In this document: piece after piece, positions 33,719 through 44,799 of the stretch | Position numbering within the stretch: the first letter of the stretch is position 1 | How the letters are laid out: every line of letters starts with the position of its first letter | Origin: Gammaproteobacteria bacterium | GTDB taxonomy: Bacteria > Pseudomonadota > Gammaproteobacteria > GCA-2400775 | Reading direction: 5' to 3' | Length of the DNA stretch: 64,000 nt | Assembly (NCBI GenBank): GCA_013151045.1 | Contig: JAADIY010000017.1 | Span: 10,458-74,457 of the forward strand | Made by a program: the position numbers and the translations under genes | The notes under the pieces: generated by a model | Told to the model about the DNA's origin: nothing | Databases searched by the model: none | What the model saw: the letters and a program-made list of their open reading frames with translations, nothing else

Positions 33719-34947
33719 GCAATTTGCTCTTTACAGCCCTGCCAACGCCCTGCTGCCAGCCCAGCCGTGAGCACCAATAAATAGAGAATGGTTCCATAGG
33801 AATACAACTCGCCGTGGAAAAATTGCGAGAACAAATAGCCTGCTGAGACGGCTATAGCCGCATGCACATAAGCCTTGTGCCCAGGTGACACCTGCATCAG
33901 TGATTGATAGAGATTGTAAAACAGTAGCGCTCCACAAACGGTCATAAGCAGAAACCACAGTGCTCCCCATTCCACCAGTATCTGCAAATAACTATTATGG
34001 AAGTCTCCTGGATAGAGAGCGGCTAAAGCATGGGTCTGCTGATACTCAAGTGGCTGATCATCCAAATAGTCAACAAACCGTTGCTCTAGGTCTGAGCGCC
34101 CACTGCCCAACCAAAATTGATTCTGTGAAAAATCCCAACCAGATTGCCAAAGCTGCAAACGCGCACTATTGGAATGATTATCGCTCACATCAGAAATCGA
34201 TCTGGCTTCATCCATAAGCTTACTTTCATTGGCAAACAGAAAAGCCATCGCAATCATGATGGTGAGCACCACTAATAACTTACGGCAAAACATCAAGCCA
34301 TAGGTTAACGCGCCGACAAAGTAGCCTAGCCAAGCGCCACGAATGCCACTCATTAACAGTCCATAGCTAAATATCAACAGGGATGGCAACAGTAACCATA
34401 TCCATTTTTGATACCGCATTCGAAAATCTTTATCGAATAAAAACACTGTTATCGTCAATATAACGATAAGCAGCATATCGGCATTACGGCCAATAAACAG
34501 CACGCCATTAAACGCTCCAAGACTCCGCTGCTCGGCGTGACCGACACCATATAACGTGGCAACCAATGCTGACGCCCACGCGGCGACAAACAGACCAAGA
34601 AATGTTTTTTCATTTCGGGCCACAAGAATAATCGCAAGTGGTAGTAGGAAGAATTTGAACCTTGCCAAAAACCGGCCAATTTCTTCAATGCCGCCTGCAG
34701 CAGTCAACGATGAGGTTAACAACCCAAGCGTCAACGGCAACAGAAAAAGAACCCACCAGGAATAGGTGCGCAGCAAACGAAACCCATCGCGCCACAGAAA
34801 AACCAAGACGGCGATGTAAGCGAGCCCGGTAAAAATATTAATAGCCGCTTTTGATATAAAGCTACAGAGAAATACGGCAATCAAAGAAAAGTAAATCGCT
34901 TTATGCAAAGGCGTATGAATAGACTGCACGCCAACACTAAACGTCAT
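33715..34947 (-). CDS. O-antigen ligase family protein
   Basis: About 11 TM helices, SG.RGAWLG, S..ARLQLW, FHNSYLQ.L.EWG periplasmic loop motifs. Confidence 0.88.
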   Translation of the reverse strand: MTFSVGVQSIHTPLHKAIYFSLIAVFLCSFISKAAINIFTGLAYIAVLVFLWRDGFRLLRTYSWWVLFLLPLTLGLLTSSLTAAGGIEEIGRFLARFKFFLLPLAIILVARNEKTFLGLFVAAWASALVATLYGVGHAEQRSLGAFNGVLFIGRNADMLLIVILTITVFLFDKDFRMRYQKWIWLLLPSLLIFSYGLLMSGIRGAWLGYFVGALTYGLMFCRKLLVVLTIMIAMAFLFANESKLMDEARSISDVSDNHSNSARLQLWQSGWDFSQNQFWLGSGRSDLEQRFVDYLDDQPLEYQQTHALAALYPGDFHNSYLQILVEWGALWFLLMTVCGALLFYNLYQSLMQVSPGHKAYVHAAIAVSAGYLFSQFFHGELYSYGTILYLLVLTAGLAAGRWQGCKEQIA

Positions 34948-35080
34948 CGCCTAAACACCTTCGCCAACCAAGCTCTTTCGATAAAAGATTATATCTACCG
35001 AGGCGACATCTAAAATACTCAAGCCTAAAAACACCCATTTTATGAATTATTATAGTAAAGCTTTGTAATTAGAAATCGAT

Positions 35081-35329
35081 CTAACCTTGACCAACCAAAA
35101 TATAATCAGCACCACAGTAAGGACACTTGGCTTGGCCTTTTTCTTCTACCTCCAAAAACACGCGTGGGTGTGAATTCCATAGACTCATACCAGGCATCGG
35201 ACAGTGAAGTGGTAAATCAGACTTAGTCACCTCATAGCGGTTTTCTGCATTGGGCTCAATTAGATCAGTATTTCCAGATGTATTTGTCTGCGCCAAAATG
35301 ATACCCCTTAACTTTTCAGTGCCTAGCAA
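35081..35329 (-). CDS. zf-CHCC zinc-finger protein
   Basis: DLPLHCP....LWNSHPRVFL.....G.AKCPYCG. The start may be TTG 35296. Confidence 0.88.
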   Translation of the reverse strand: MLGTEKLRGIILAQTNTSGNTDLIEPNAENRYEVTKSDLPLHCPMPGMSLWNSHPRVFLEVEEKGQAKCPYCGADYILVGQG

Positions 35330-35352
35330 TAATAACGGCTACGAGAAATAAA

Positions 35353-36276
35353 TTAGTTAACATAACTTAACCATTCGCTATGCTCAGTACGGCGTCCGTG
35401 CACTTGGTCAAAATATAAAGCCTGCAGCTCTTTCGTCACGGGGCCACGGCCACCTGCACCAATGGCTCGACCATCTAACTCACGAATCGGCGTTACCTCT
35501 GCAGCACTACCTGTAAAGAATGCCTCGTCAGCTACGTACACTTCATCACGCGTAATACGCTTTTCAACCACTTCATAGCCTGACTCACGTGCCAAAGTAA
35601 ACATGGTATCACGTGTTATACCTGCCAAAGCCGAACTCAAATCAGGTGTATATAAAACATTATTTTTAATAATAAAAATATTTTCGCCACTACCCTCAGC
35701 AACAAAACCATCGACATCAAGCAGCAAAGCCTCATCGCAGCCAACAGCCAGGGCCTCGCTCAGCGCCATCATCGAATTAACGTAATTACCATTAGTTTTT
35801 GCGCGGCACATTGTAATATTAGTGCGGTGACGAGTATAGGAGGACGTTCTCACCTTAATACCATTGGCCATATTCTCATCACCCATGTAAGAACCCCACT
35901 CCCAAGCGGCAACTATCACATGCGTCTTCAAATTATCGGCTCGTAAGCCCATACCTTCTGAGCCATAGAAACACATTGGTCGTATATAACCCGAATCCAG
36001 ATTATTTTCAGCGACCGCCTGTATTGTCGCCTGATTGATTTCGTCTTTGCTATAAGGCATAGCCATATTAAGGATATGAGCCGAATCAAATAGACGGTCG
36101 GTGTGCTCTTTTAATCGAAAAATTGCAGCACCACGCTCAGTTTTATAGGCGCGCACGCCTTCAAAAACACCCAAACCGTAATGTAAAGTATGCGTTAATA
36201 CATGTATCTTGGCATCGCGCCAAGGCACCAGCTCGCGGTCAAACCAAATGACGCCGTCGCGATCATCCATCATCAT
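35353..36276 (-). CDS. ilvE: Branched-chain amino acid aminotransferase
   Basis: HVLTHTLHYG.GVFEGVRAY, GYIRP, EGSGEN, DEAFFTGSAAEVTPIRELD. Confidence 0.97.
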   Translation of the reverse strand: MMMDDRDGVIWFDRELVPWRDAKIHVLTHTLHYGLGVFEGVRAYKTERGAAIFRLKEHTDRLFDSAHILNMAMPYSKDEINQATIQAVAENNLDSGYIRPMCFYGSEGMGLRADNLKTHVIVAAWEWGSYMGDENMANGIKVRTSSYTRHRTNITMCRAKTNGNYVNSMMALSEALAVGCDEALLLDVDGFVAEGSGENIFIIKNNVLYTPDLSSALAGITRDTMFTLARESGYEVVEKRITRDEVYVADEAFFTGSAAEVTPIRELDGRAIGAGGRGPVTKELQALYFDQVHGRRTEHSEWLSYVN

Positions 36277-36338
36277 GGATCATTCCTCTTGTTATGCCTG
36301 CATCGCAAGCTATTAATTGATTCAGCGCTCCTAAAGCT

Positions 36339-36440
36339 CGCCCCAAGAGCGCTTACTCATGATTGGCTAATGCCAATCACTCAGGGCGCACCCCAAGAGT
36401 ACTTCTTCATAATTGGCTATCGCCAATCACTCAGGGCGCT
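36339..36440. repeat. Two tandem 50-bp hairpin repeats
   Basis: CCCCAAGAG...(G/A)ATTGGCTA..GCCAATCACTCAGGGCGC occurs twice with a 50-nt period (36341, 36391). Confidence 0.9.
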
Positions 36441-36595
36441 CATTTTGTGATGGACGTCACGTTCTGATGCCCGAATCCTTCCATTTTACCTACTTCAGAG
36501 ACATAGTTTTAGTGTTTTCAACATTAAAGCCGCAATAAACATACGCCGATAACCCCTAGTACAGACTTCCAACAATAAATTCGGTAAATATACGC

Positions 36596-37756
36596 ATGGA
36601 ATTTAAAGATTATCTCAAGATATTAGTTCTAAAAGAGGGTTCTGACCTGTATCTCACTACAGGCGCCCACCCAAGCATCAAAATGCAGGGCGTATTAACA
36701 CCGATTGAGGGCACACCTTTGCCTCCAGGCCGCGTTAAAGCGATGGCTATGGCGCTAATGGACGAAGAGCAACAAGCCTCTTTTGAGCACACCCCAGAAA
36801 TGAATCTAGCCGTATCAGAACATGGGATTGGTCGTTTCCGTGTCAATATTTTTCAACAACGCCACGAAGTCGGTATGGTCGTTCGCTCGATCAACACCGT
36901 CATTCCAAGCCTAGAAAATCTTGGGCTTCCACAAATTCTCAAAAAACAGATCATGGAAAAACGCGGCCTCATTTTATTTGTCGGCGGAACCGGTTCGGGT
37001 AAATCAACTTCGCTGGCATCGCTGATTGATTATCGCAACACTAACAGTGGTGGTCATATCATCACCATCGAAGACCCTGTCGAGTTTGTTCATAGCCATA
37101 AAAAATCGATTATCAACCAACGCGAAGTTGGTTTTGACACCAACAGCTATACTGACGCGCTAAAAAATACCTTACGACAAGCGCCCGATGTCATTCTAAT
37201 CGGCGAGATTCGTGATCGCGAAACGATGGAACACGCTATCGCCTTCGCTGAGACGGGTCACTTAGTGTTATCAACACTACATGCTAACAGCGCCAACCAA
37301 GCCTTTGGTCGTATTATTAACTTCTTCCCAGAAGAGCGACGACAACAGCTACTTTCTGATCTGTCATTGAATATGCGCGCCTTTATTTCGCAGCGACTTG
37401 TACAAACACTAGACGGTAAGCGTGCCGCTGCCATTGAAATTCTTTTGGGCACACCGATTGTTAAAGATTTAATTCTTAAAGGTGAGATTGAGCAAATCAA
37501 AGACATCATGACCAAGTCCGAAAATCTCGGCATGCAAACTTTTGATGCCGCACTTTATAAACTCTATAAAGACGGCAAAATTTCCCTAGAAGAAGCATTA
37601 CGTAACGCAGACTCGCAAAACAATCTGCGCCTACGGATCAGCCTGGAAGAAAAAGATACAGAAGATAGTGGCAGCGGATCTATTGGTGGCTTATCCCTAC
37701 AAAACCATGACGAAGACCCTGTCGAGGTGCGTAAAACCGGGCAAATGTCTATGTAA
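36596..37756 (+). CDS. pilU: PilT/PilU family type IV pilus ATPase (PilU-like)
   Basis: GRFRVNIFQQR, Walker A GGTGSGKST, ITIEDPVEF, LRQAPDVILIGEIRD, GMQTFD..LY.L. Confidence 0.9.
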   Translation: MEFKDYLKILVLKEGSDLYLTTGAHPSIKMQGVLTPIEGTPLPPGRVKAMAMALMDEEQQASFEHTPEMNLAVSEHGIGRFRVNIFQQRHEVGMVVRSINTVIPSLENLGLPQILKKQIMEKRGLILFVGGTGSGKSTSLASLIDYRNTNSGGHIITIEDPVEFVHSHKKSIINQREVGFDTNSYTDALKNTLRQAPDVILIGEIRDRETMEHAIAFAETGHLVLSTLHANSANQAFGRIINFFPEERRQQLLSDLSLNMRAFISQRLVQTLDGKRAAAIEILLGTPIVKDLILKGEIEQIKDIMTKSENLGMQTFDAALYKLYKDGKISLEEALRNADSQNNLRLRISLEEKDTEDSGSGSIGGLSLQNHDEDPVEVRKTGQMSM

Positions 37757-37764
37757 GTCGACCA

Positions 37765-37810
37765 ACATGATTCGCCTGATTAGATACCTATCTAATCAGG
37801 CGAATCATGT
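37765..37810. repeat. Perfect 22-bp-arm inverted repeat after pilU
   Basis: ACATGATTCGCCTGATTAGATA-CC-TATCTAATCAGGCGAATCATGT. Confidence 0.92.
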
Positions 37811-37883
37811 CAGCCATATGATAAAGGCACTAAAATCTTAACGGTGCCCTAAACCATGATTGCGATGGTCGTCGTGTACGCGA

Positions 37884-37935
37884 TGCGCCCCAAGAGCACT
37901 TTCTTGGGAAGGCTAGCGCATTCCCTCAGAGCGCA
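37884..37935. repeat. Third, diverged copy of the 50-bp hairpin repeat
   Basis: GCGCCCCAAGAGCACTT...GGCTA..GC...CTCAGAGCGC aligns with 36339-36390. Confidence 0.7.
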
Positions 37936-38152
37936 TCTCCCAATTACCGCATTTCGGGCAACGGTGAGAATGAAACGTCAGCAAATGCCATATGGTCACA
38001 ACCGGGCCAATGATCACAAGATAGATATTTGCCGTAATAAACGCAGCAATCAAACCAAAACCCCAAGCAAACACATCGATCAAAACACTGCTGTATTCAT
38101 CGTGTAAAGGCTTGCCTATATAACCACAATCGCCGCATTCTTTCGTACTCAT
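37913..38152 (-). CDS. Small membrane protein with split zinc ribbon (LITAF-like architecture)
   Basis: AAGGAGGT RBS; CGDC - hydrophobic hairpin - HRCPKC. Confidence 0.75.
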   Translation of the reverse strand: MSTKECGDCGYIGKPLHDEYSSVLIDVFAWGFGLIAAFITANIYLVIIGPVVTIWHLLTFHSHRCPKCGNWEMRSEGMR

Positions 38153-38276
38153 GACACACCTCCTTCTTACGTGATTTTAGTGTAAAGAAGGGCGGCCAAT
38201 AAGTCTGTGATCTTGTCACTAATACACCGCAAACTACCGTCAAATTTAAACCGGCTATTGGCTTTTAAAATGGCAT

Positions 38277-38312
38277 AAAAAAAGCCTCGCTGATTTCTCA
38301 GCGAGGCTTTTT
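38277..38312 (-). terminator. Intrinsic terminator of groESL
   Basis: AAAAAAAGCCTCGCTGA-TTTC-TCAGCGAGGCTTTTT; A/T runs on both sides. Confidence 0.92.
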
Positions 38313-38342
38313 AACTGACTTTCTAACTAGAAAGTGGGGTAT

Positions 38343-40061
<1,719 letters not shown>

Positions 40062-40071
40062 TCAAGTGGCC

Positions 40072-40362
40072 TTAGCCTTCGATCACACCCATGATGTCTT
40101 CTTCCTTCATAACTAAAAGCTCTTCACCGTCAACTTTGACTTCGTTGCCGGAATACTTACCAAACATAACCTTGTCACCAACTTTAACGTCCATCGCGCG
40201 GACATCACCATTTTCCAAGATCATGCCTTTACCAACTGCAAGCACTTCACCTTGAGCAGGCTTTTCTGCTGCATTACCAGGAATGACGATACCGCCAGCA
40301 CTTTTTAGTTCTTCTTCAGAACGACGTACTAAAACCCGGTCGTGTAATGGGCGAATGTTCAT
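40072..40362 (-). CDS. groS: Co-chaperonin GroES
   Basis: [28 protein letters not shown]. Confidence 0.99.
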   Translation of the reverse strand: MNIRPLHDRVLVRRSEEELKSAGGIVIPGNAAEKPAQGEVLAVGKGMILENGDVRAMDVKVGDKVMFGKYSGNEVKVDGEELLVMKEEDIMGVIEG

Positions 40363-40437
40363 TTTCTTCTCCTAAAAATCCGTTAACAATCAAATAGTTA
40401 GTTACCGTGCCTAGAACAATAACCGCTTACACAGGCA

Positions 40438-40472
40438 ATTGTTAGCACTCACCCTCATTGAGTGCTAACAAT
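40438..40472. promoter_or_regulatory. CIRCE element (HrcA operator)
   Basis: Exact TTAGCACTC-N9-GAGTGCTAA at 40442-40468; arms extend to 13 bp. Confidence 0.95.
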
Positions 40473-40473
40473 C

Positions 40474-40500
40474 ATAGGGGCGAAACAGACAGAGTCAAGG
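40474..40500 (-). promoter_or_regulatory. Sigma32-like promoter of groESL
   Basis: Minus strand CCTTGAC-N13-CCCCTAT resembles the RpoH consensus CTTGAA-N13..14-CCCCAT. Confidence 0.65.
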
Positions 40501-40557
40501 GTTTCAGAGAAAATAAATTGGATTAATTATCGCTGAAGAACTAGCAAAGCAGAAAAA

Positions 40558-41019
40558 TCAGTCGTCTTCGCGACGGTATTCGCCCTCAAGAGTCGCCGCC
40601 CCAGACTGACCAGGCTTATTTTTATCACTACGACCCGGGCCACCAGCTGGGCGAATAATGGCGCCAAAACGACCCATCACCGCCATAATCACACCACGGC
40701 GTAGCGGTGTAATCAGGCATAAGAAACCCAAAGTATCGGTAAAAAACCCAGGGGTAAGCAATAAAGCGCCACACAGCAGCAATACCACACCCTCCATCAT
40801 CTCGATGGCTGGCAACTGCCCAGCGGCCAAGCTCGTCTGCACCCGGCCAATGGTGGCAAGCCCCTGCCAGCGCAGCAGCAAAGTGCCGAGCACAGCGGTA
40901 AACACCACCAAGGCCACAGTAGGCAAGGTGCCAATCAGACCGCCGACCTTAATCAATAGATAGATCTCAATCAGCGGAACGACAATAAATAGAGTAAGTA
41001 AGAGTCGAAACGGGAACAT
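40558..41019 (-). CDS. fxsA: FxsA family membrane protein
   Basis: F..VPLIEIYLLI.VG..IG, G.LLL.PGF.TD.LG, TLEGEY. Start probably ATG 41019. Confidence 0.92.
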   Translation of the reverse strand: MFPFRLLLTLFIVVPLIEIYLLIKVGGLIGTLPTVALVVFTAVLGTLLLRWQGLATIGRVQTSLAAGQLPAIEMMEGVVLLLCGALLLTPGFFTDTLGFLCLITPLRRGVIMAVMGRFGAIIRPAGGPGRSDKNKPGQSGAATLEGEYRREDD

Positions 41020-41113
41020 ATCAGTTAAAGTAGCGCCACAAGCAGCCAATAACAAGTCACAATGTGATGCTGTAGCAAATTTGTTCAACAAACTTTGCGC
41101 CTAGACACGCATT

Positions 41114-41539
41114 ATGTCATCTTGCCAAACCATGCAAGCTCCTGATTCAAATGCGAAATTAAAACTTAAAATGGTCGCCGACGACGACCCAAGCAATAAT
41201 AAACCAGTTGTTGTTTACATCACCTGCGGGCCGCAACAGGCTGAAGATCTGGCGCGTATCCTGGTGACAAAAAAAGCCGCCGCCTGTGTGAACATTGTGG
41301 GTAATGTACGTTCTATATACCGCTGGCAAAATAAAATCGAAGAAGATAATGAAAGCATGCTGATCATTAAAACGACCACCTCGTCACTAGAGCTAATGAG
41401 CAAACTAGTTAAACAACATCATGAATACGATCTCCCAGAGATTATCGCAACACCCATCGTCGCTGGCTCGCAGGATTATCTCAGCTGGATCAATAGCGCC
41501 ACCACAATCAATACTGGCCCCAATGGAGCCGATAAATAG
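41114..41539 (+). CDS. cutA: Divalent-cation tolerance protein CutA
   Basis: AACVNI, RSIYRWQ.KIE...E, HEYDLPEII. The true start may be near 41171. Confidence 0.93.
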   Translation: MSSCQTMQAPDSNAKLKLKMVADDDPSNNKPVVVYITCGPQQAEDLARILVTKKAAACVNIVGNVRSIYRWQNKIEEDNESMLIIKTTTSSLELMSKLVKQHHEYDLPEIIATPIVAGSQDYLSWINSATTINTGPNGADK

Positions 41540-41542
41540 ACC

Positions 41543-43441
41543 ATGAAACCCATACACAGATTCTACAGCCTCGTCTTCGCGCTATTTTGCTGTATAGCGC
41601 CGCTGCAAATTGCCAGCGCAGCCGGTAATGCCGTAGAGGGTGATCTTGCCGATCGATTGCGCGCACTCAGCGACGAACTCGGTTTAAATAAAGCCGAACA
41701 AACCGTGTTGTCACCCGGCGAAGCCTTTATATTTGATGCACAAGCCACCAATGGCCAAACCATTGAAGCCAGCTGGATCATCGCAGACAACATATATATG
41801 TACCGCGACAAGTTTCGTTTCGAAATTATCGACGGCGAAGCCAATAACATCCAACTTGGTGAGCCACAATTTAAACCAGGCAAAAAGAAATACGACGAAA
41901 GCTTTGGTGATACCGAAGTCTATTTCCACGAAGCCGTCATTACACTGCCCATCATTCGTGATGCAGGCCCGGCGCAAACCATCCAGCTCCAAGCCTATTA
42001 TCAGGGCTGTGTCGAAGACAGTTTTTGCTACCCACCGCAAAAGAAAATTATAGATATCGATTTACCGAAACTGACCCAAGCCTCATTAACCACATCGAGT
42101 AGTGATACAGCCAGCAATAGCGAAGAAATATTTGTCTCAGAACAAGATCAGTTTGCTGCCACCATCGCCGGCGGTAGCTTGTGGCTCATCATAGTTTCCT
42201 TCTTTGGTATCGGCTTATTACTCGCCTTTACACCCTGCGTCTTCCCCATGATCCCGATCTTATCAGGGATCATTATTGGCCAAGGCAAAGAACTCACAAC
42301 ACGTCATGCCTTTATGCTCTCACTCGTCTACGTCATAGCCATGGCATTAACGTATACCGTTATCGGCGTGTTAGCAGGCTTGTTTGGCGCCAACCTACAA
42401 GCGGCGTTTCAAGACCCCTGGATTATCTCAGGTTTCGTGCTGATCTTTATCGCACTCTCATTATCCATGTTCGGCTTTTACGAACTGCAAATGCCTAATG
42501 CACTACAAAGCAAAATAACCCAATTTAGCAACTCACAAAAAGGCGGCAGCATGATTAGTGTTGCCATCATGGGTGTCTTATCAGCACTGATCGTTGGGCC
42601 TTGCGTAGCTGCACCTTTAGCCGGCGCACTCATCTACATCAGCAATAGTGGTGATGCCGTATTAGGTGGGCTCGCCTTGTTTGCCATGAGTCTAGGCATG
42701 GGTGCGCCGTTATTAGCGATAGGCGCCTCAGCAGGCAAACTCCTCCCCAAAGCAGGCGCATGGATGGACGGCATTAAAGCTGCATTCGGCATCATGTTAT
42801 TAGCCGTTGCCGTGTGGATGCTAGAACGCATTGTCCCAAATATGATAGCTATGTTGCTGTGGTCGTTACTATTTATATTCAGCGCAGTATATCTTGGCGC
42901 ACTAGATCGATTAGATAATGCCATGGGCTGGCAGCGTTTTCGCAAAGGCTGTGGCATCGCCTTACTCATTTACGGTTGCTTCGTCATGCTCGGCGCAGTC
43001 AGCGGCGGCCATGATGTCACCAGACCCTTGCATGGAGTGAGCTTTCTAGTAGGCTCAGCACAATCAAATCATGAGCTAGAATTTAAAACCATCAAAAGCG
43101 TCGATGACCTACAACATGAAGTCATCAGCGCCAGTCAAAACGGCCAAGCCGTCATGCTCGATTTCTACGCCGACTGGTGCGTCGCCTGCAAAGAAATGGA
43201 AAAATACACCTTCTCAGACCCCGCGGTGCAACAAACGTTGAGTAATGTAGTCTTACTACAAGCTGACGTCACCGCTAACGATAATATCGATAAAGCGCTC
43301 ATGAAACACTTTAATATCCCCGGCCCACCATCAATAATGTTTTATGATGCCCAAGGTAAAGAACGCAAACCTTATCGAATCGTTGGCTTTATAAAAGCCG
43401 CCCCCTTCAAACAACATGTGGATAAAGCGCTAGCACTCTAA
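41543..43441 (+). CDS. dsbD: Thiol:disulfide interchange protein DsbD
   Basis: YQGC....FCYPP, AFTPCVFPMIPILS, VGPCVAAPL, DFYADWCVACKEME. Confidence 0.96.
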   Translation: MKPIHRFYSLVFALFCCIAPLQIASAAGNAVEGDLADRLRALSDELGLNKAEQTVLSPGEAFIFDAQATNGQTIEASWIIADNIYMYRDKFRFEIIDGEANNIQLGEPQFKPGKKKYDESFGDTEVYFHEAVITLPIIRDAGPAQTIQLQAYYQGCVEDSFCYPPQKKIIDIDLPKLTQASLTTSSSDTASNSEEIFVSEQDQFAATIAGGSLWLIIVSFFGIGLLLAFTPCVFPMIPILSGIIIGQGKELTTRHAFMLSLVYVIAMALTYTVIGVLAGLFGANLQAAFQDPWIISGFVLIFIALSLSMFGFYELQMPNALQSKITQFSNSQKGGSMISVAIMGVLSALIVGPCVAAPLAGALIYISNSGDAVLGGLALFAMSLGMGAPLLAIGASAGKLLPKAGAWMDGIKAAFGIMLLAVAVWMLERIVPNMIAMLLWSLLFIFSAVYLGALDRLDNAMGWQRFRKGCGIALLIYGCFVMLGAVSGGHDVTRPLHGVSFLVGSAQSNHELEFKTIKSVDDLQHEVISASQNGQAVMLDFYADWCVACKEMEKYTFSDPAVQQTLSNVVLLQADVTANDNIDKALMKHFNIPGPPSIMFYDAQGKERKPYRIVGFIKAAPFKQHVDKALAL

Positions 43442-43458
43442 ACAGCGCAATCAAATTT

Positions 43459-44100
43459 ATGAGCCAAGAAAATGGGCACGGCCGTGCCATTAATATCGCT
43501 ATCGTTACACTATTTGTAATTGGTGGCCTAGGCGTTGCCTTAAATCACTTTTATCAAAAATCGCGTGAAGCAAAAATTAACGCAGCCGTAAAAATTGAAA
43601 GAGCAGCAGCCAATGAAGTCGCTGCAAACTTGAGTGCTGATGAATCAACCAACGAAGCTTCTGATGCCGATATTACAACCGAACTAGTCAAACGACCCGA
43701 CTTCACCTTGCCCGATGTCGAAGGTATTAAACGCACCGTCAGCACCTGGGATGGCAAAGTCCTAGTGCTCAACTTTTGGGCATCCTGGTGCGAACCCTGT
43801 TTACGCGAAATACCCGCGTTCGTTGACCTACAAAATACCTATGGTGAACAAGGTCTACAATTCGTCGGCATCGCTGTCGAAGACCTATTGCCGGTACAAG
43901 AATTTCTCGCTGTGATTCCGATCAACTACCCAATACTCGTCCACCCCAGCAAAACTATCCCCATCGCCGAAGCCTACGGCAACGAATTCGGCATCCTGCC
44001 CTACACCGTCATCATCAATCGCGACAGCGAAATAGCCCACACACAACTAGGCGCAATGAGTCACGAAGATGCAGAAGAGATTATTAGAAACTTATTGTAA
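43459..44100 (+). CDS. TlpA family disulfide reductase
   Basis: TM anchor; RPDFTL, VLNFWASWCEPCLREIP, LPYTV.I.R. Confidence 0.9.
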   Translation: MSQENGHGRAINIAIVTLFVIGGLGVALNHFYQKSREAKINAAVKIERAAANEVAANLSADESTNEASDADITTELVKRPDFTLPDVEGIKRTVSTWDGKVLVLNFWASWCEPCLREIPAFVDLQNTYGEQGLQFVGIAVEDLLPVQEFLAVIPINYPILVHPSKTIPIAEAYGNEFGILPYTVIINRDSEIAHTQLGAMSHEDAEEIIRNLL

Positions 44101-44331
44101 GATGCTTTAAATAGAGCGCTAGCAACTCGACCAACAAGGACGAAAAACAATACAAACACATAAAAACCACAAACGTCGCCGAATTCCCCAGATAAACCAA
44201 AAAATCATCAAGAAACCGCTAGACAAGCCGATTGATAGAGGGCAAACTTCCATTTAATACAATTTTTGCGAAATAAGCGATTTTTAACGAAATTAGCCGC
44301 TATTTTCGATAATTTGGTGAAATAACAATCA

Positions 44332-44799
44332 ATGGCTCACATTCTGGTCGTCAATGGCCCTAACCTAAATCTACTCGGTGACCGTGAACCCGATATTTAT
44401 GGCCGCGTCACGCTTGATGAAATTATCACCGATCTTGCGGCTAACGCCGACAAAGTGGGGCATAAATTAAGTGCTTTCCAGAGCAATGCCGAACATGAGC
44501 TAATTGGCCGCGTACAGCAGGCTAAAACTAAGGCAATCGATTTTTTGATTATTAACCCAGCAGCTTTCACCCACACTAGCATAGCCTTGGCCGACGCAAT
44601 TAGCGCTGTAGACATTCCATTTATTGAAATTCACTTATCGAATATTTTCGCGCGCGAATCATTTCGTCATCATTCTTATTTTTCCGCCAAGGCCCTAGGC
44701 ACGATCACTGGCCTTGGCGCACACGGTTATGAACTTGCCCTCAACGCTGCAGATAATTATCTGCGAGCCGTTGCGGGGTCCACTACCAGGAAGTGTTAA
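44332..44799 (+). CDS. aroQ: Type II 3-dehydroquinate dehydratase
   Basis: [43 protein letters not shown]. Confidence 0.97.
   Translation: MAHILVVNGPNLNLLGDREPDIYGRVTLDEIITDLAANADKVGHKLSAFQSNAEHELIGRVQQAKTKAIDFLIINPAAFTHTSIALADAISAVDIPFIEIHLSNIFARESFRHHSYFSAKALGTITGLGAHGYELALNAADNYLRAVAGSTTRKC

Noticed and set aside
36339-36440. CRISPR array or tRNA
   Set aside because: Only two directly abutting units with no spacers, no cas genes and no cloverleaf or T-loop.
37856-38107. 83-aa plus-strand ORF
   Set aside because: It is antisense to the LITAF-like gene, which has the strong RBS and metal motifs.
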